Shown: positions 1 through 10,929 of the stretch, in pieces
Layout of the letters: each line of letters starts with the position of its first letter
Numbering within the stretch: position 1 is the first letter of the stretch
Assembly (NCBI GenBank): GCA_963755915.1
Contig: CAVWLP010000002.1
Location: 672,001-736,000, forward strand
Length of the DNA stretch: 64,000 nucleotides
From: an uncultured Phycisphaerales bacterium
GTDB lineage: Bacteria; Planctomycetota; Phycisphaerae; Tepidisphaerales; Tepidisphaeraceae
Direction: 5' to 3'
The notes under the pieces: generated by a model
The model's input: only the letters and a program-made list of their open reading frames with translations
Database searches by the model: none
Told to the model about the DNA's origin: nothing
Program-made: the position numbers and the translations under genes

Positions 1-300
1 GCCGAAATGCCCAAGGTCAGGAAACTATTCGCCGACTATCACGACAAGGGCCTGGAAGTCCTCGGGGTCAACAACGACAGCAGCGGCGATGACGTGAAAA
101 AATTTCTCGCCCAGAACCCCAATATGTCCTGGCCCCAGCTTTACGATCAAAAAGGCACGGGCTGGAATCCCATCGCGGTTTCCTACGGTATTCAGCGGTT
201 GCCCGCGATGTACCTGATCGACCGGAAAGGGATTTTGCGCACAGTGGAGGCCGAGGGCCAGTTGGAGCAACTGATTCCAAAGCTCCTTGCGGAGAAATAG
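1..300 (+). CDS. TlpA/redoxin-family thioredoxin-like protein, 5' truncated by the window edge
   Basis: EMPKV...GLEVLGVN...MSWPQLYD...YGIQRLPAMYLIDRKG is the C-terminal half of the TlpA fold; the CxxC motif would lie upstream of the window. Confidence 0.8.
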   Translation, partial: AEMPKVRKLFADYHDKGLEVLGVNNDSSGDDVKKFLAQNPNMSWPQLYDQKGTGWNPIAVSYGIQRLPAMYLIDRKGILRTVEAEGQLEQLIPKLLAEK

Positions 301-303
301 GGA

Positions 304-2076
304 ATGCGGACCCCATCCCGCGCGATCGCAATTCTGCTGGTTGCAATCTGCGCTTCGGCACGCGCCGGCGACGTTCGAAAGCTGGTCTTCGACGGGGTGA
401 TCTGCGAGCGAAAGATCGATCTCAAGGATCTTGGCCCGGATTTCACGCCGGACTGGTCCGGGGATTCCTATTTGGTCATGGAGATGCGCACGAGCAGTCC
501 ACATCGGTTCGCCCTGTGGATCTACACGGATGACGGCCCGCGGAAGATCACGTTTCAACCGTTTGGGCAGAACGCGTGGATGCGCGCCTGCATTCCGCTG
601 CAATGGTTCGAGGGGATGGACCACCAGGGGACCGACCTGGCGTCGGCATATAACCGCCGGTCGGCAACCTTCTGGGCGATGGTGGGCGGGCCGTTCGGCG
701 AGCTGAAATCCGTTCGCGGGATCGGATTTCAGATGGACTATCCGATCGACCGCCCTACCCTCGAACTGCGAAACATCCACCTTGCAACGACGGATGAAGG
801 CTCAAAGTTCCTTGAACCTGGGCCGGTGGTTGATGAATTCGGCCAATGGCGCTGGCTGACTGGCCGGAAAAAATCAAAAGCCGCAATCAGCTCGACCTGG
901 AACTGGCGGCCGAGGCGAAGTCATGGGGAAGCGCCGCGGATTTCGGATACGACAAATTTAACGGCTACGCCGATACGCAGGCTCCCGCCACGGGATTTTT
1001 CCGGGTGGAGCAGATCGACGGCAAATGGTGGTTCGTCGATCCGCTGGGACACCTTTTTCTCTCCACTGGCATCAATGGCACGGGCGCGGATCGGCGCACG
1101 GCCCGCGCGTGCGGCGACGACGCAATCTATCAGCGCCGCGGGCATGGCGTGGATCAATCACCGGCTGGAATCCTGGGGGATGACGACCGGCGGGTTCGGG
1201 CGGCCCGTTACGCTTTTCCTCTACTGGCCTCTGGATCGGCAGACGACTTTCCTGGGCATTCCCGATGTTTATTCCGTCAGCTTCGCCGACCGAATCGACG
1301 CGGCGGCGAAAGAGCAATGCCTGCCACGGAAAGATGATCCGATGATCCTCGGGTATTTCGTCGGCAACGAACCGCCGTGGGGAGACCGGGAAGATGAGGT
1401 GGTGAAGATGATCCTCGCGGGTCCGGACACAGCCACCAAGGCGAAGCTCGAGGAATTTCTTGCCCAGGGAGATACACCGGCGCGGCGGCGGGAATTTGTG
1501 TCGGACGCGTTTAAGAAATATCTCGAACTGACCTGCGCGGCGACGAGAAAATATGATCCCAACCACCTGATCCTCGGCATTCGGTTCGGCGGGAATCCGT
1601 CGGACGCTATGCTCCGGCTCGGCAGCGCCTTCGACGTTTGCAGCATCAACATCTACGAGTATGAACCCACCCGGCAGATTCACCGCGCTTATCGGCTGAC
1701 CGGCCGGCCGGTGCTTATCGGGGAATTTCATATCGGCGTTCCGGCCAACGGCCTGGGGGCGGGACTTGTGCAGGCGGTGGACCAGTCGGAGCGGGCGAAC
1801 GGGTATCGGTATTACGTCGAGCAGTCGGCGTCGTTGGACGAATTTCTCGGGGCTTACTGGTTCGAGTGGCGCGACGAGCCGGTCCTGGGCCGGTTTGACG
1901 GGGAGAATTACAACATTGGGTTTATCGACGTGACGGATCGGCCTTATCCTGAGATGGTCGAGGCCGCGAAAGCGACGAACAAGGTTCTCAAGGACGTGCA
2001 TCTGGGTAATGTCGAGCCGTTCAATCAGCGGCCGATGGCGTCGGAAGTCGGCTCGCCGGCCACGCCATGGGACTGA
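304..2076 (+). CDS. Secreted GH50 (beta-agarase-like, clan GH-A) glycoside hydrolase with two compensating frameshifts at about 848 and 1090
   Basis: Signal peptide, VDEFGQW, LGYFVGNEPPW, PVLIGEFH, DGENYNIGFIDVTDRPY. The conserved block ATGFFRVEQIDGKWWFVDPLGHLFLSTG lies in the alternative frame (ORF 846-1337). Confidence 0.75.
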   Translation: MRTPSRAIAILLVAICASARAGDVRKLVFDGVICERKIDLKDLGPDFTPDWSGDSYLVMEMRTSSPHRFALWIYTDDGPRKITFQPFGQNAWMRACIPLQWFEGMDHQGTDLASAYNRRSATFWAMVGGPFGELKSVRGIGFQMDYPIDRPTLELRNIHLATTDEGSKFLEPGPVVDEFGQWRWLTGRKKSKAAISSTWNWRPRRSHGEAPRISDTTNLTATPIRRLPPRDFSGWSRSTANGGSSIRWDTFFSPLASMARARIGARPARAATTQSISAAGMAWINHRLESWGMTTGGFGRPVTLFLYWPLDRQTTFLGIPDVYSVSFADRIDAAAKEQCLPRKDDPMILGYFVGNEPPWGDREDEVVKMILAGPDTATKAKLEEFLAQGDTPARRREFVSDAFKKYLELTCAATRKYDPNHLILGIRFGGNPSDAMLRLGSAFDVCSINIYEYEPTRQIHRAYRLTGRPVLIGEFHIGVPANGLGAGLVQAVDQSERANGYRYYVEQSASLDEFLGAYWFEWRDEPVLGRFDGENYNIGFIDVTDRPYPEMVEAAKATNKVLKDVHLGNVEPFNQRPMASEVGSPATPWD

Positions 2077-2098
2077 ATTAATCGAGGAGAAAAAAATC

Positions 2099-2566
2099 AT
2101 GAGTTGCGATCCGGGATTTGAAGGCGTAGCACAAGTGGCAATTGTTTGCCGGGATATCGAAGCGACGGCGAAGCGCTGGTCGGCACTGTTGGGCATGGAA
2201 GTTCCGAAGATTTTTCCGACGAAGCCGGGCTTGGAGACGAAAATGATCTATCGCGGGCGGCCGTCCAATGCCCGGTGCAAGCTGGCGTTCTTCAATCTCA
2301 AGAACTGCCAGATCGAGCTGATCCAGCCGCTGGAGCCCGGCAGCAGTTGGCAGGATGGGCTGGACGAAAACGGCGAGTCGGTGCATCACATCGCCTTCCG
2401 GGTGAATAGCCTTGAGAAATCGGTGAAGCATTGCGCCGATTTGGGCATGCCGGCGATTCACCAGGGGCGTTATGGCAGCGACGACGGGTCTTACACCTAC
2501 CTGGACAGCGGCAAGCAGCTTGGCGTGATGGTGGAGCTGCTGCATTCGGACAAGGACGGCAAATAA
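2099..2566 (+). CDS. VOC/glyoxalase family protein (methylmalonyl-CoA epimerase-like)
   Basis: QVAIVCRDIE, QIELIQP, VHHIAFRV, VMVELL; GAGGAG ribosome-binding site before ATG 2099. Confidence 0.8.
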   Translation: MSCDPGFEGVAQVAIVCRDIEATAKRWSALLGMEVPKIFPTKPGLETKMIYRGRPSNARCKLAFFNLKNCQIELIQPLEPGSSWQDGLDENGESVHHIAFRVNSLEKSVKHCADLGMPAIHQGRYGSDDGSYTYLDSGKQLGVMVELLHSDKDGK

Positions 2567-2567
2567 T

Positions 2568-2978
2568 TTGTTCGGCCTTTGGCGCAAACCGCAGGTTCCC
2601 GATGTGAGGAACGTGCGCGAATTTCTCGCCGCCCTGCAGACCAAGGCGACCCGGGCCGAGGGCGGGCATTATGTTTTCGTGGGCGAAGATGGACGGCATG
2701 GGTTCGTGCAGTTCATCATCGAATCGCCGACGCGAATCACCATCCACCGGATTTGGGCGCGGGAGCCGGGCAAGGGGGACGGCACGAACATGATGCGAAT
2801 GCTCTGCGAATTGGCGGATCAATTTGTTGTGGAACTGACGCTCAAAACCATCCCCATTGGTCGAAAGCCTTATCCGATGGACGGCGAGAAATTGGGAAAG
2901 TGGTACGAGCGGTTCGGATTTATCCGCAGGGGAAAGTGGATGCGGCGCATGCCGGGGGGCGCCGGGGAAAAAGGTTAA
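2568..2978 (+). CDS. Hypothetical protein, possible GNAT-fold acetyltransferase
   Basis: Starts 1 nt after the previous stop; PGKGDGT resembles motif A and WYERFGF resembles the GNAT C-terminal motif. Confidence 0.5.
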   Translation: MFGLWRKPQVPDVRNVREFLAALQTKATRAEGGHYVFVGEDGRHGFVQFIIESPTRITIHRIWAREPGKGDGTNMMRMLCELADQFVVELTLKTIPIGRKPYPMDGEKLGKWYERFGFIRRGKWMRRMPGGAGEKG

Positions 2979-3599
2979 TCGAGTCCGCAGGCGACGTGGA
3001 AGGTGATTGACTCGGTTCGCCGGGTGTGGGGGATGCGTCCGCGGGCGGCAATCCCCTGGCCGCGGATTACGCGCCACATGGTGGCATCGGTGAATCCCCA
3101 GGGGGAGCCGTCGCGGGGAAGGCCCTGGAGATCTTCGTGCCAGGCATCGGCTACGAACTGGGGGAGCTTCTGGTCGATCTCGATGACCCCCCCGCCGCGC
3201 GTGCGGCAGCAATATTCCCATTCGGTTTCGCTGAGGAGGCGATAGGCGCGGCCGGAGGCGATGGAAAGCCAGCGAACAAAATGCCCGGCGTCTTCCCAGG
3301 AAACATTGACGATCGGCTTGCGACCCCGGCCGCGGCTGTAGGGGCGATGGGCGTCGGAATCGCCGTCGCAATAAGAATCCCATTGTTCGAAGGTGACCGG
3401 CGTGCGGGAAACGGCGAATGGATACCTTATATGTACCTGGTGCTGTGCCGCGCCTGGATCCTGCGATCCCATCAGAAATTTGCCACCGGGGACGACCACC
3501 ATTTCCGGGAGCATCGGCCCGTCGGAAAAGCAGGAGCCTGGGGCGCATTTCCGTGGCGTATTCCATGGCTGGGGCGGATTGGGAGGTTTCTTTCGTCAT
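2975..3599 (-). CDS. FGE-sulfatase (SUMF1/EgtB/PvdO) domain protein; probable frameshift near 3520, main ORF 2975-3514
   Basis: PEMVVVPGGKFLMGS, PVTFEQW, PIVNVSWEDA, YRLLSETEWEYCCR. Confidence 0.75.
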
Positions 3600-3783
3600 G
3601 AGTTTGACCGGCAGGAGCGGGATTTATGCAACACTGGTGCCAATGAGCGTTTGGACCAGAAAATTCCAATTTTCGTGCATATTGGGTGGGCAATACAGGA
3701 GCAAAACCGAGCCGGTTGCGGGGGATTTGCGCAAAACTCCTCGAAACGTCGCGAGGGAATGAATTCTGGGTTAATCTGCTGAT

Positions 3784-6052
3784 ATGAGGGCGCTGGTGAA
3801 TTACGCGACCGCGGTTTGGATTCTGCTCGGATGGGCTCTGACGGCCGGCGCACAAACTCCGATGATGCTTTGGTATACGCAACCGGCGAAGGTTTGCATG
3901 AACGATGCGCTGCCGGTCGGCAACGGCCGGCTGGGGGGGATGGTCTTTGGGACGACGGAGACGGAAAGAATCGTCCTTGACGAAGATTCGCTTTGGACGG
4001 GCGGCGAAAACCCCTCGGGCGATTACGATCACATGGGGGCGTATCAATATCTGGGGGACCTTCGGATCAACCTGCCGGGGCATGAGAATGCGCTGAATTA
4101 TCGGCGCGATTTGGATATCAGCGAGGCGATCGCACATGTCAGCTATGACGTGGGGGGTGTGAATTATCAGCGGGAGATTTTTGCGAGCCATGCGGCGCAG
4201 GTTTTGGTTGTCCATCTGACGGCCAGCCAGCCGGGAAGATACACGGGATCGATTGAATATCGCGATTCGCACGGAGCGACGACCAACGCTTCGGGGGATC
4301 GGTTGGCGGTCGCAAGTTCGCTGAGCAATGGATTGAAATACGAGACGCAGCTCGTCGCGCGGCATGCGGGCGGGACGATGCAAAGCTCGGGCGGCAAACT
4401 GCAATTTGCCAACTGCGACAGCGTGACGCTGATCTTTGGAGGCGCGGACGAACTACACGATGGATTATGCGTGCGGCTACCGGGGGCTCGATCCGCATCA
4501 GCCCGTGACGGACGACGTGAACGCGGGGGCGGAGAAGCCGCTGGATGCGCTGCGGGTGGAGCATGTGGCGGATTACCGGCTGCTGTTTGACCGGATGGCG
4601 GTGGATTTCGGGAAGTCTTCGGCGCAGCAGCGGGCGATGCCGACGGACGTTCGCAAGGTTTCGGCGGCGAAGGTGGTCGATCCGGAGCTGGAAGCGCTGA
4701 TGTTTCAGTATGGGAGATATTTGCTGATTTCGTGCTCGCGGCCGGGGGCATTGCCGGCGAATTTGCAGGGGCTTTGGAATGACAGCAATTCGCCGCCGTG
4801 GCATTCGGATTATCACTCGAACATCAACATTGAGATGAACTACTGGGGGGCGGAAGTGGGGAACCTGAGCGAATGTGCCGAGCCGTTGATTGATCTGGTA
4901 CGGAGTCAGCTTGAGCCCTGGCGGCGGGCGACGACACGGGCGTCGGAGTTTGATGTCGATGGGAAGCCGGCGACGTGCGGGTTCGCGATCCGGACCTCGC
5001 ACAACATCATGGGAGGGATGGGGTGGAAGTGGGACAAGACGGCAAACGCCTGGTATTGCCAGCATCTCTGGGCGCATTATGCGTTTGGGATGGACAAGGA
5101 TTATCTGCGGAACGTCGCGTATCCGATCATGAAGGAGACGTGCGAATTCTGGGACGAGCATTTGAAAAAGCTACCGGATGGGAGGCTGGTGGTGCCGGAC
5201 GCGTGGTCGCCGGAGCATGGGCCGACGGAGGACGGGGTTAGCTACGCACAGGAGATCGTGTGGGACCTGTTCAACAACTACGTGCAGGCGAGCGATGCGC
5301 TGGGCGTGGATCAGGATTATGGCGGCCGGATTGCGAAGCTGCGCGATGAGCTGGCTATGCCGGGGATCGGAAGCTGGGGGCAGTTGCTGGAGTGGATGAC
5401 GGAGAAGCACGATCCGAAGGAGCCGGAGCTGGATACGCCGAACGATCATCATCGGCATACTTCGCACCTGTTTGGGGTTTATCCGGGAAGCGAGATGAGC
5501 CCAGAGAAGACGCCGCGGCTGGCGGCGGCGGCGCGGGTTTCGCTGATAGCGCGGGGGGATGGAGGCGATGCGCGGGAGTGGTCGTTCGCGTGGCGGACGG
5601 CGCTGTGGGCGAGGCTGGGAGATCCGGAAGAGGCGTATGGGCAGTTCGTGCAGATTTTTTCGAATCGGAACAGTTGCAAGAATCTTTTCGGGCTGCATCC
5701 GCCGATGCAGATCGACGGGAATTTGGGGATGACCGGGGCGGTGGCGGAGATGCTGGTGCAGAGCCAGGATGGGGATGTGCATTTGCTGCCGGCCCTTCCG
5801 AAGGAATGGCCGGAAGGGAGCGTAAAGGGGCTGAGGGCGCGCGGGGGATTTGAGGTGGATGTGGCGTGGAAGGAGGGGAAGCTTGTGAAGGCGGAGATAC
5901 GGTCGGAAGCGGGAAGCCCGTGCATCCTGCGCGGGCCGGCGGGGATGGAGATCAGCAGCGCGAGCAAGCCGGTGGAGGTGAAGATGGATGGGGATGCGAT
6001 GGAGTTCGCGACGAGTGCCGGGGGGATTTATGAGATCACCGTGGGGAAATGA
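3784..6052 (+). CDS. GH95 alpha-L-fucosidase/galactosidase, secreted; frameshift near 4440 joins ORFs 3784-4590 and 4436-6052
   Basis: [72 protein letters not shown]. Confidence 0.9.
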
Positions 6053-6435
6053 GGAGGATGGTTTCGGGTTTTGCGACGACATATTTAGTTGGGTGGAATT
6101 CAAGGATGTTAGTGGTTGCAAATGCGTTGATTGGGTGGTGTGGCGGGGGGTTTCGTTACCGTTGACAGAATGGAAAAAATTTTTGGGAGGGGTTGGGTAG
6201 TTGCGGGGGTTTTCGCGGATTGCGACCGGGGGGGGTTTGGGGGTGGGGATTTGGGGTCGGGGATTTGAGATTTGAAATTTGAGATTTCAGAATTGGGGTG
6301 GACATGGGCCCCTTCGGAGGAAAAAACATTACGCCTCTATATACAGGGCCAAAGGTGCACGTTTTGGACGTGTTTTTGAAAAATCGGGGGAGATTTTTTT
6401 TGGAATTTAACGGTCGAGTGGGAAAGGGCTGGGAC

Positions 6436-6633
6436 TTACGCACGGGGCGGCATTATTTTCGCGAGCCATTCTTTTCGAACATCCGCCAAATGCTTATCTA
6501 CTTCCTCGTCGGAGACTTTCTTGCCCGCCCGCATGTCGGCGGAAATCTGATCGAAATGGGCGAGCAGCTCGGGAGTGAAGCGGTGGTCGAAGTTGTCTTC
6601 GGAGTCGGGAAAACTCGGTTCAAGCGGGTCCAT
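6436..6633 (-). CDS. Small acidic hypothetical protein (65 aa), antitoxin-like
   Basis: MDPLEPSFPD...ISADMRAGKKVSDEEVDKHLADVRKEWL has a plausible amphipathic helical pattern in an otherwise non-coding region. Confidence 0.45.
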   Translation of the reverse strand: MDPLEPSFPDSEDNFDHRFTPELLAHFDQISADMRAGKKVSDEEVDKHLADVRKEWLAKIMPPRA

Positions 6634-6738
6634 CGTCCGGTTTCTGTTGTGTCGCTCTATTGTACGAGTTTCGGCTGAGTATTGCTTCGCGATTGTGGGG
6701 CGGGGTGTGACGCTGGATGTCGGCCATCGACAAATCAG

Positions 6739-6768
6739 CCCCCTCCCTAACCCTCCCCCCGGAGTACC
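6739..6768. repeat. Partial 'CCCTCCC..AACCCTCCCCC' REP-like element; fuller copy at 15133-15178
   Basis: cccctccctaaccctcccccggagtacc versus cccccaccccaaccctcccccggggtaccaggggaggggg. Confidence 0.55.
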
Positions 6769-7013
6769 TGACCGCCCGACATTTTTTTGAGTTCGGAGAC
6801 GTAGCGGCCAGCTCTTTTGAGGTAAATGCAATGCAGGGGAGGCGGGAGACAACCCATAAGGCCCCAAGTTTTTTCTCCCGCCTCCCCCGCACCCCCTCCA
6901 CCCTCTTTCCGTTCCCCTAACCGTCCGAGCCCAAAGGCAAAAAGACTGAGCGGTTTGTCGGGAAGCTCATATCTTATTTGCAGTGGCTGCGGGAGGGGAC
7001 TTCGGCAAGCTCA

Positions 7014-7100
7014 GAGCGTGTGAATTTTTGATTTTCGACCCTCGGTATTCGCGTGGATTCGCGGCTTTTCGAGGTGCTTTTGCCAAAAATTCCCAAACTC
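7014..7100. mobile_element. 87-bp mini-MITE inserted into a palindromic repeat
   Basis: 17-bp imperfect terminal inverted repeats (14/17; gagcgtgtgaatttttg and caaaaattcccaaactc) flanked by TCA/TCA. Removing it restores gacttcggcaagctcagtcgagcc. Confidence 0.65.
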
Positions 7101-7316
7101 TCAGTCGAGCCGCGAGGGGGAAACTGTTGTCTTCGACCCAGAGTTCAGACTGAGGGGACCGTATGTGGTTCTCTCTCGCCCCCGCTTCGTATTTGTATTT
7201 GGAACATTCGCCGATTTGGATCCAAAATAAAAAAGTGTCGGCGGTCAGCCCGGAGTAGCGGGGGCGGGGACAAAAGAGGCGCGCAGCCAAGATAGAGCGT
7301 TAGACCTTGTGGGCGT

Positions 7317-8542
7317 TTAAGGCTTCTCGCGGGCGTTGATTTTGTGGATTTGGTCGGGGGTGGGGAAGGTTCGAACGCGATATCGGGTCGGGTAGCAGTC
7401 GGGTTCGGGGGTGAAGTCGCTGACGGCCTGGACGACTTTGGTCCAATCGGCGAAGAGGGTTCGCTGTTTTTCGGCGGGAGGGGTCTGGATGCAGAAGGCG
7501 ATGACGTCAGCTTTGGGCATGAGGGTGTCGGTAACGCCTTGCACCCAACTGGTGAGGGAATAGACCTGGCCGTCTTCGCGGCGCATGGTTTTCAGGGAGG
7601 CGACGAAAATATCCTTGCCTTCCTTGCGATGGATCTCGTCGAGGAGGCCCTTTTGTTCGTTGTGCCATTGCTGGTTAGAAATGGCGCGGCAGAGGCTCAT
7701 GGGAACGAAGGCGGGATGGTCGGGTAGGGGGAGGAAGGCGACCCAGTTGCTGTCCTGGAGACGAAAGGCGGCGCCGATCATAGGGCGTTCGTGCTTCTGG
7801 AGCGCTTCCTGGGCGACGCCGGCCATGATGGTCAGGGCCTGGGGGTCGTCGCTGCCGGCGACGAGGAGGGTGTTTCGGTTGGGGATCATGACGACGTGAT
7901 TTCCGCGGACGGGGAGCTGCCAGATCAGATCGTGGAGGAAGATGCGTGAGGCGTCGTGGGTGTCATTGTAGGGGGAGATATATAGCCCACTGGGATGCTT
8001 GTTGAAGTCACGGTTGCTGATGCTCCAGAGGTTTTCTTTGGCGATTTTGAGGGCTTGGTCGAAATCGATGTTCCAGCGACTTAGCATGTCGTCGGAGACG
8101 ATCTGGACGGTGTCGGGCTGGTCGACAACGATTTCCAGAAGCAGATCTGGGGCAAACGGACGGGTGGGCATTCGCACGGGTTTGCCGAGCTTTCCAGGCG
8201 CTGGGCGAGCGACAGGGACTCGTGATAAAAGCGTTCGCGCAGCTTGGGAAGTAGCTTTGGGCGGATCTGGGAAAAGGGCTCATCCGCGGCGGATTTGTTG
8301 GAACTGAGGCCGGCGGCGACGCGAATGGCATTGGCAAGCTGCGCTTGGCCGCCACGGATGTAGGTGTCGTAGATGTTGTGCAGGAAGATGTTCGATTTGC
8401 CGCCGTCGATTTCGAGCCTGAATTGGTCCTTGTGGTATTGGACAGATAGATTGGGGTTGAGTTTGCGGATTTCGGCAGTGACGGAGGCGGCGAAATCGTC
8501 GGGGGAGAGAGGAGTCGATTTGGGCTTGAAGGGGTTCCACAT
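7317..8542 (-). CDS. DUF1444 (YtpQ)-like hypothetical protein; frameshift near 8185
   Basis: ORF 8081-8557 (IRPKLLPKLRER) and ORF 7317-8177 (IVVDQPDTVQIV, WNIDFDQALKIAKENL, DTHDASRI, VVMIPNRNTLLVAG) form one continuous protein. Confidence 0.6.
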
Positions 8543-8580
8543 GATTGAAACCTTCACGGAGTATATCGGCCCCGGTGCGG

Positions 8581-10687
8581 CTATGACGGCCCGCGCACCG
8601 GAACGTCATAAATGCTTACGCTGAACGGGGGAATGGAGACGGTTTGGGGGGCGGCGTCTTGCGAGGACTGATCTACCTTTACGCCGGGGGGTTGGCCGAT
8701 GGTGATGGTTGCGTTGACGTCGGAGGGGGCCATGCGCCAGAGGGTGGTGGTTCCTGCAGGAGTGGCGCCGATGTACGAGAGCGTGATCTGTTGCGCAGGA
8801 TTCGGTGGGGTTGATGATGGCGACGGTGAGGGATTTTTTGTCGTCGGTGAAGGCGGCGGCGACGTCGAGGGGGGACGTGTCGCTGCCGGCGTTGATGGCG
8901 GGGTCGTCGCCGCCTGGGGGGTATTTAGGTTTGGGGGGAGGGGAGTTGCCTTCGACATCCACCGGGATGGTGCCGTAGTGGTCGCGGTACATTTGGAAGA
9001 GGAGGCCGGTGGGGCTTAATTCGGCCTGGGTGCGGGTGGTGCTGATCATTGATGTCGCGAAGGTGAAGGCGCCTAGCTGGAAGAGATCGGAATGGCGGAA
9101 CATTTCGTGGAAGGTCCAGGCGTAGGCGGGGACGACTTTATAGTTGTTGGGGGGGAGGCGGGCGTAGGCCCACTCGTCGAGAGCGATGGGGACGGGGTTT
9201 TGTTTCAGGCCGGGGATGAGGCGCTCGTAAGTTTCGTAGGCTTCGACAGCGTCGCGGATGTGATTGGCGGGGCGGCGCATCCAATCGATGAGGGGCTCGT
9301 GGGGATCGACGGGGACGTTTTTTGCGGAGGCGAGGTCGAAGCGCTCGTTGTTGTAGGAATAGAAGTGCTGGCTGATGAGGTCCATATAGGGGCGGCAGTT
9401 GGCGAGGAGTCCGCCGGACCAGTCGCCGGGGCCGAGGGGGTCGGGGATGAGCTTGCCGCTGAGGCGGAGGGACTGTTTGGAGCCGACCATGGAATCGGGC
9501 ATGGCGCCGCTGGCGACGAGCTTGATGCTCGGGTCGACGCGGCGCATGGCTTTGGCGAAGAGGTTGTTTTTGAGTTCGAATTGGGAGAGGGACATGGCGC
9601 CGAACTGCCAGTCGCCCCAGGCTTCGTTGCCGACGCCCCAGAATTTGACGTTATAGGGATGGGGGTGGCCGTTGGCGGCGCGGAGGCGGCCCATGGGGGT
9701 GGATTGATTGCCGTTGCAATATTCGACATATTCGGCGGCAGAGCGGGCGTCGCCGAAGCCGGCGTTGACGCAGATGTAAGGCTCGACGTCGAGGAGTCGG
9801 CACATGGTGATGAGTTCATCGGTGCCGACGTCGTTGGGCTGGAGGGCGTTCCAGGCGGGGTCCCAGGTGGGTGGGCGGAGGTCGATATCGCCGATGGCGT
9901 CGCGCCAGTCGGCGGCGGAGACATAGTTTCCGCCGGGGAAACGGTAGATGCCGGAGTGAAGTTGCTTGAGCTGGTCGATGACTTCAGCGCGGAAGCCGTC
10001 GATGTTGTTTGAGGGCATCAGGGAGACGGCGCCGATGGAGAAGGAGCCGGGGCCGGTGGCGGTGATTTCGATTCTGCCGTCTTCGGTATCGACGGGGGAG
10101 GCGAAGGCGAGGGGGAATTTGGCGTAATCGGGGGCGAGGGGGCCAACGCGGAGGGATTGGCGATCATCGGGGTTTTTTCCCCAGATGAGGGTGACGGTGA
10201 CCTGGGGGTTTTGGTCGGCGGCGAGAATGATGCGGCCGGTGTAGGACATTCCTTTGACGAGGGCGAGGCCGCTTTGGCGGATGCCGTGGGGATCGGAGGG
10301 GTCGAGGGAGATGCGGGGGGAGTGGTCGCCGACGAAGGGGTGGTCGGCGTCCATGACGACGGCGGCGGCGGGGCCGATGGGATACCAATGGCGGAGGGCG
10401 AGGCGACGCCTGGGGCCGGTATTGGAGGGAGACGTGGCGGGGTGGGAGGTGATGGGGTAGTAGAATTTTCGATCGTCGAGCATTTCGGCCCAGAGGTTGG
10501 AGTTGATGATGTTGCCGAGGTGTTCGAGGAATTGGCCGTAGATATATTTGGAGATGGGGGCGTGGGTGTTGGCGGCGTTGATGGTGGCGGTGAGGGGTTG
10601 GGGCGCGGGGTCGGCGGAGAGGTTTTGGGGTGGGAGGAAGATTATCAGGGAGAGTGCGATGAGGCCGAGGGGAAGGAGGCGGTTCAT
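8581..10687 (-). CDS. GH51 alpha-L-arabinofuranosidase, secreted; frameshift near 8790
   Basis: IYGQFLEHLG, YRFPGGNYVS, NDVGTDE, VKFWGVGNEAWG, IALDEW; the C-terminus (SIPPFSVSIY) continues in ORF 8581-8958. Confidence 0.9.
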
Positions 10688-10801
10688 GCGGGGATAGTAC
10701 CATGCGCGGAATGGAGGAACTGAAAGGAGGGAGCGGCTTCGAATTGGTGATGTGTATGTGAAGTTGCGCTCGGCAAGGGGCCGATTTTATCAAATTTTTT
10801 C

Positions 10802-10830
10802 TTGACCTTAAGGAACGCGGTCAGTATAAG
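10802..10830 (+). promoter_or_regulatory. Candidate sigma70-type promoter for the PEP-CTERM gene
   Basis: TTGACC-17 nt-TATAAG about 100 nt upstream of the ATG. Confidence 0.4.
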
Positions 10831-10929
10831 TCGGCTCTGCGTCAGCAAGTTCGTGAAATGCGTCAACCGCCGGCGCACTCGGTGTGCGTTCCAATACTGT
10901 GAATCCAAGGGGTGAGATGGGAAGATGCG

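Noticed and set aside
6156-6305. Short ORF MSTPILKSQISNLKS...
   Set aside because: It is largely translated heptamer repeat and low-complexity sequence with no recognisable family.
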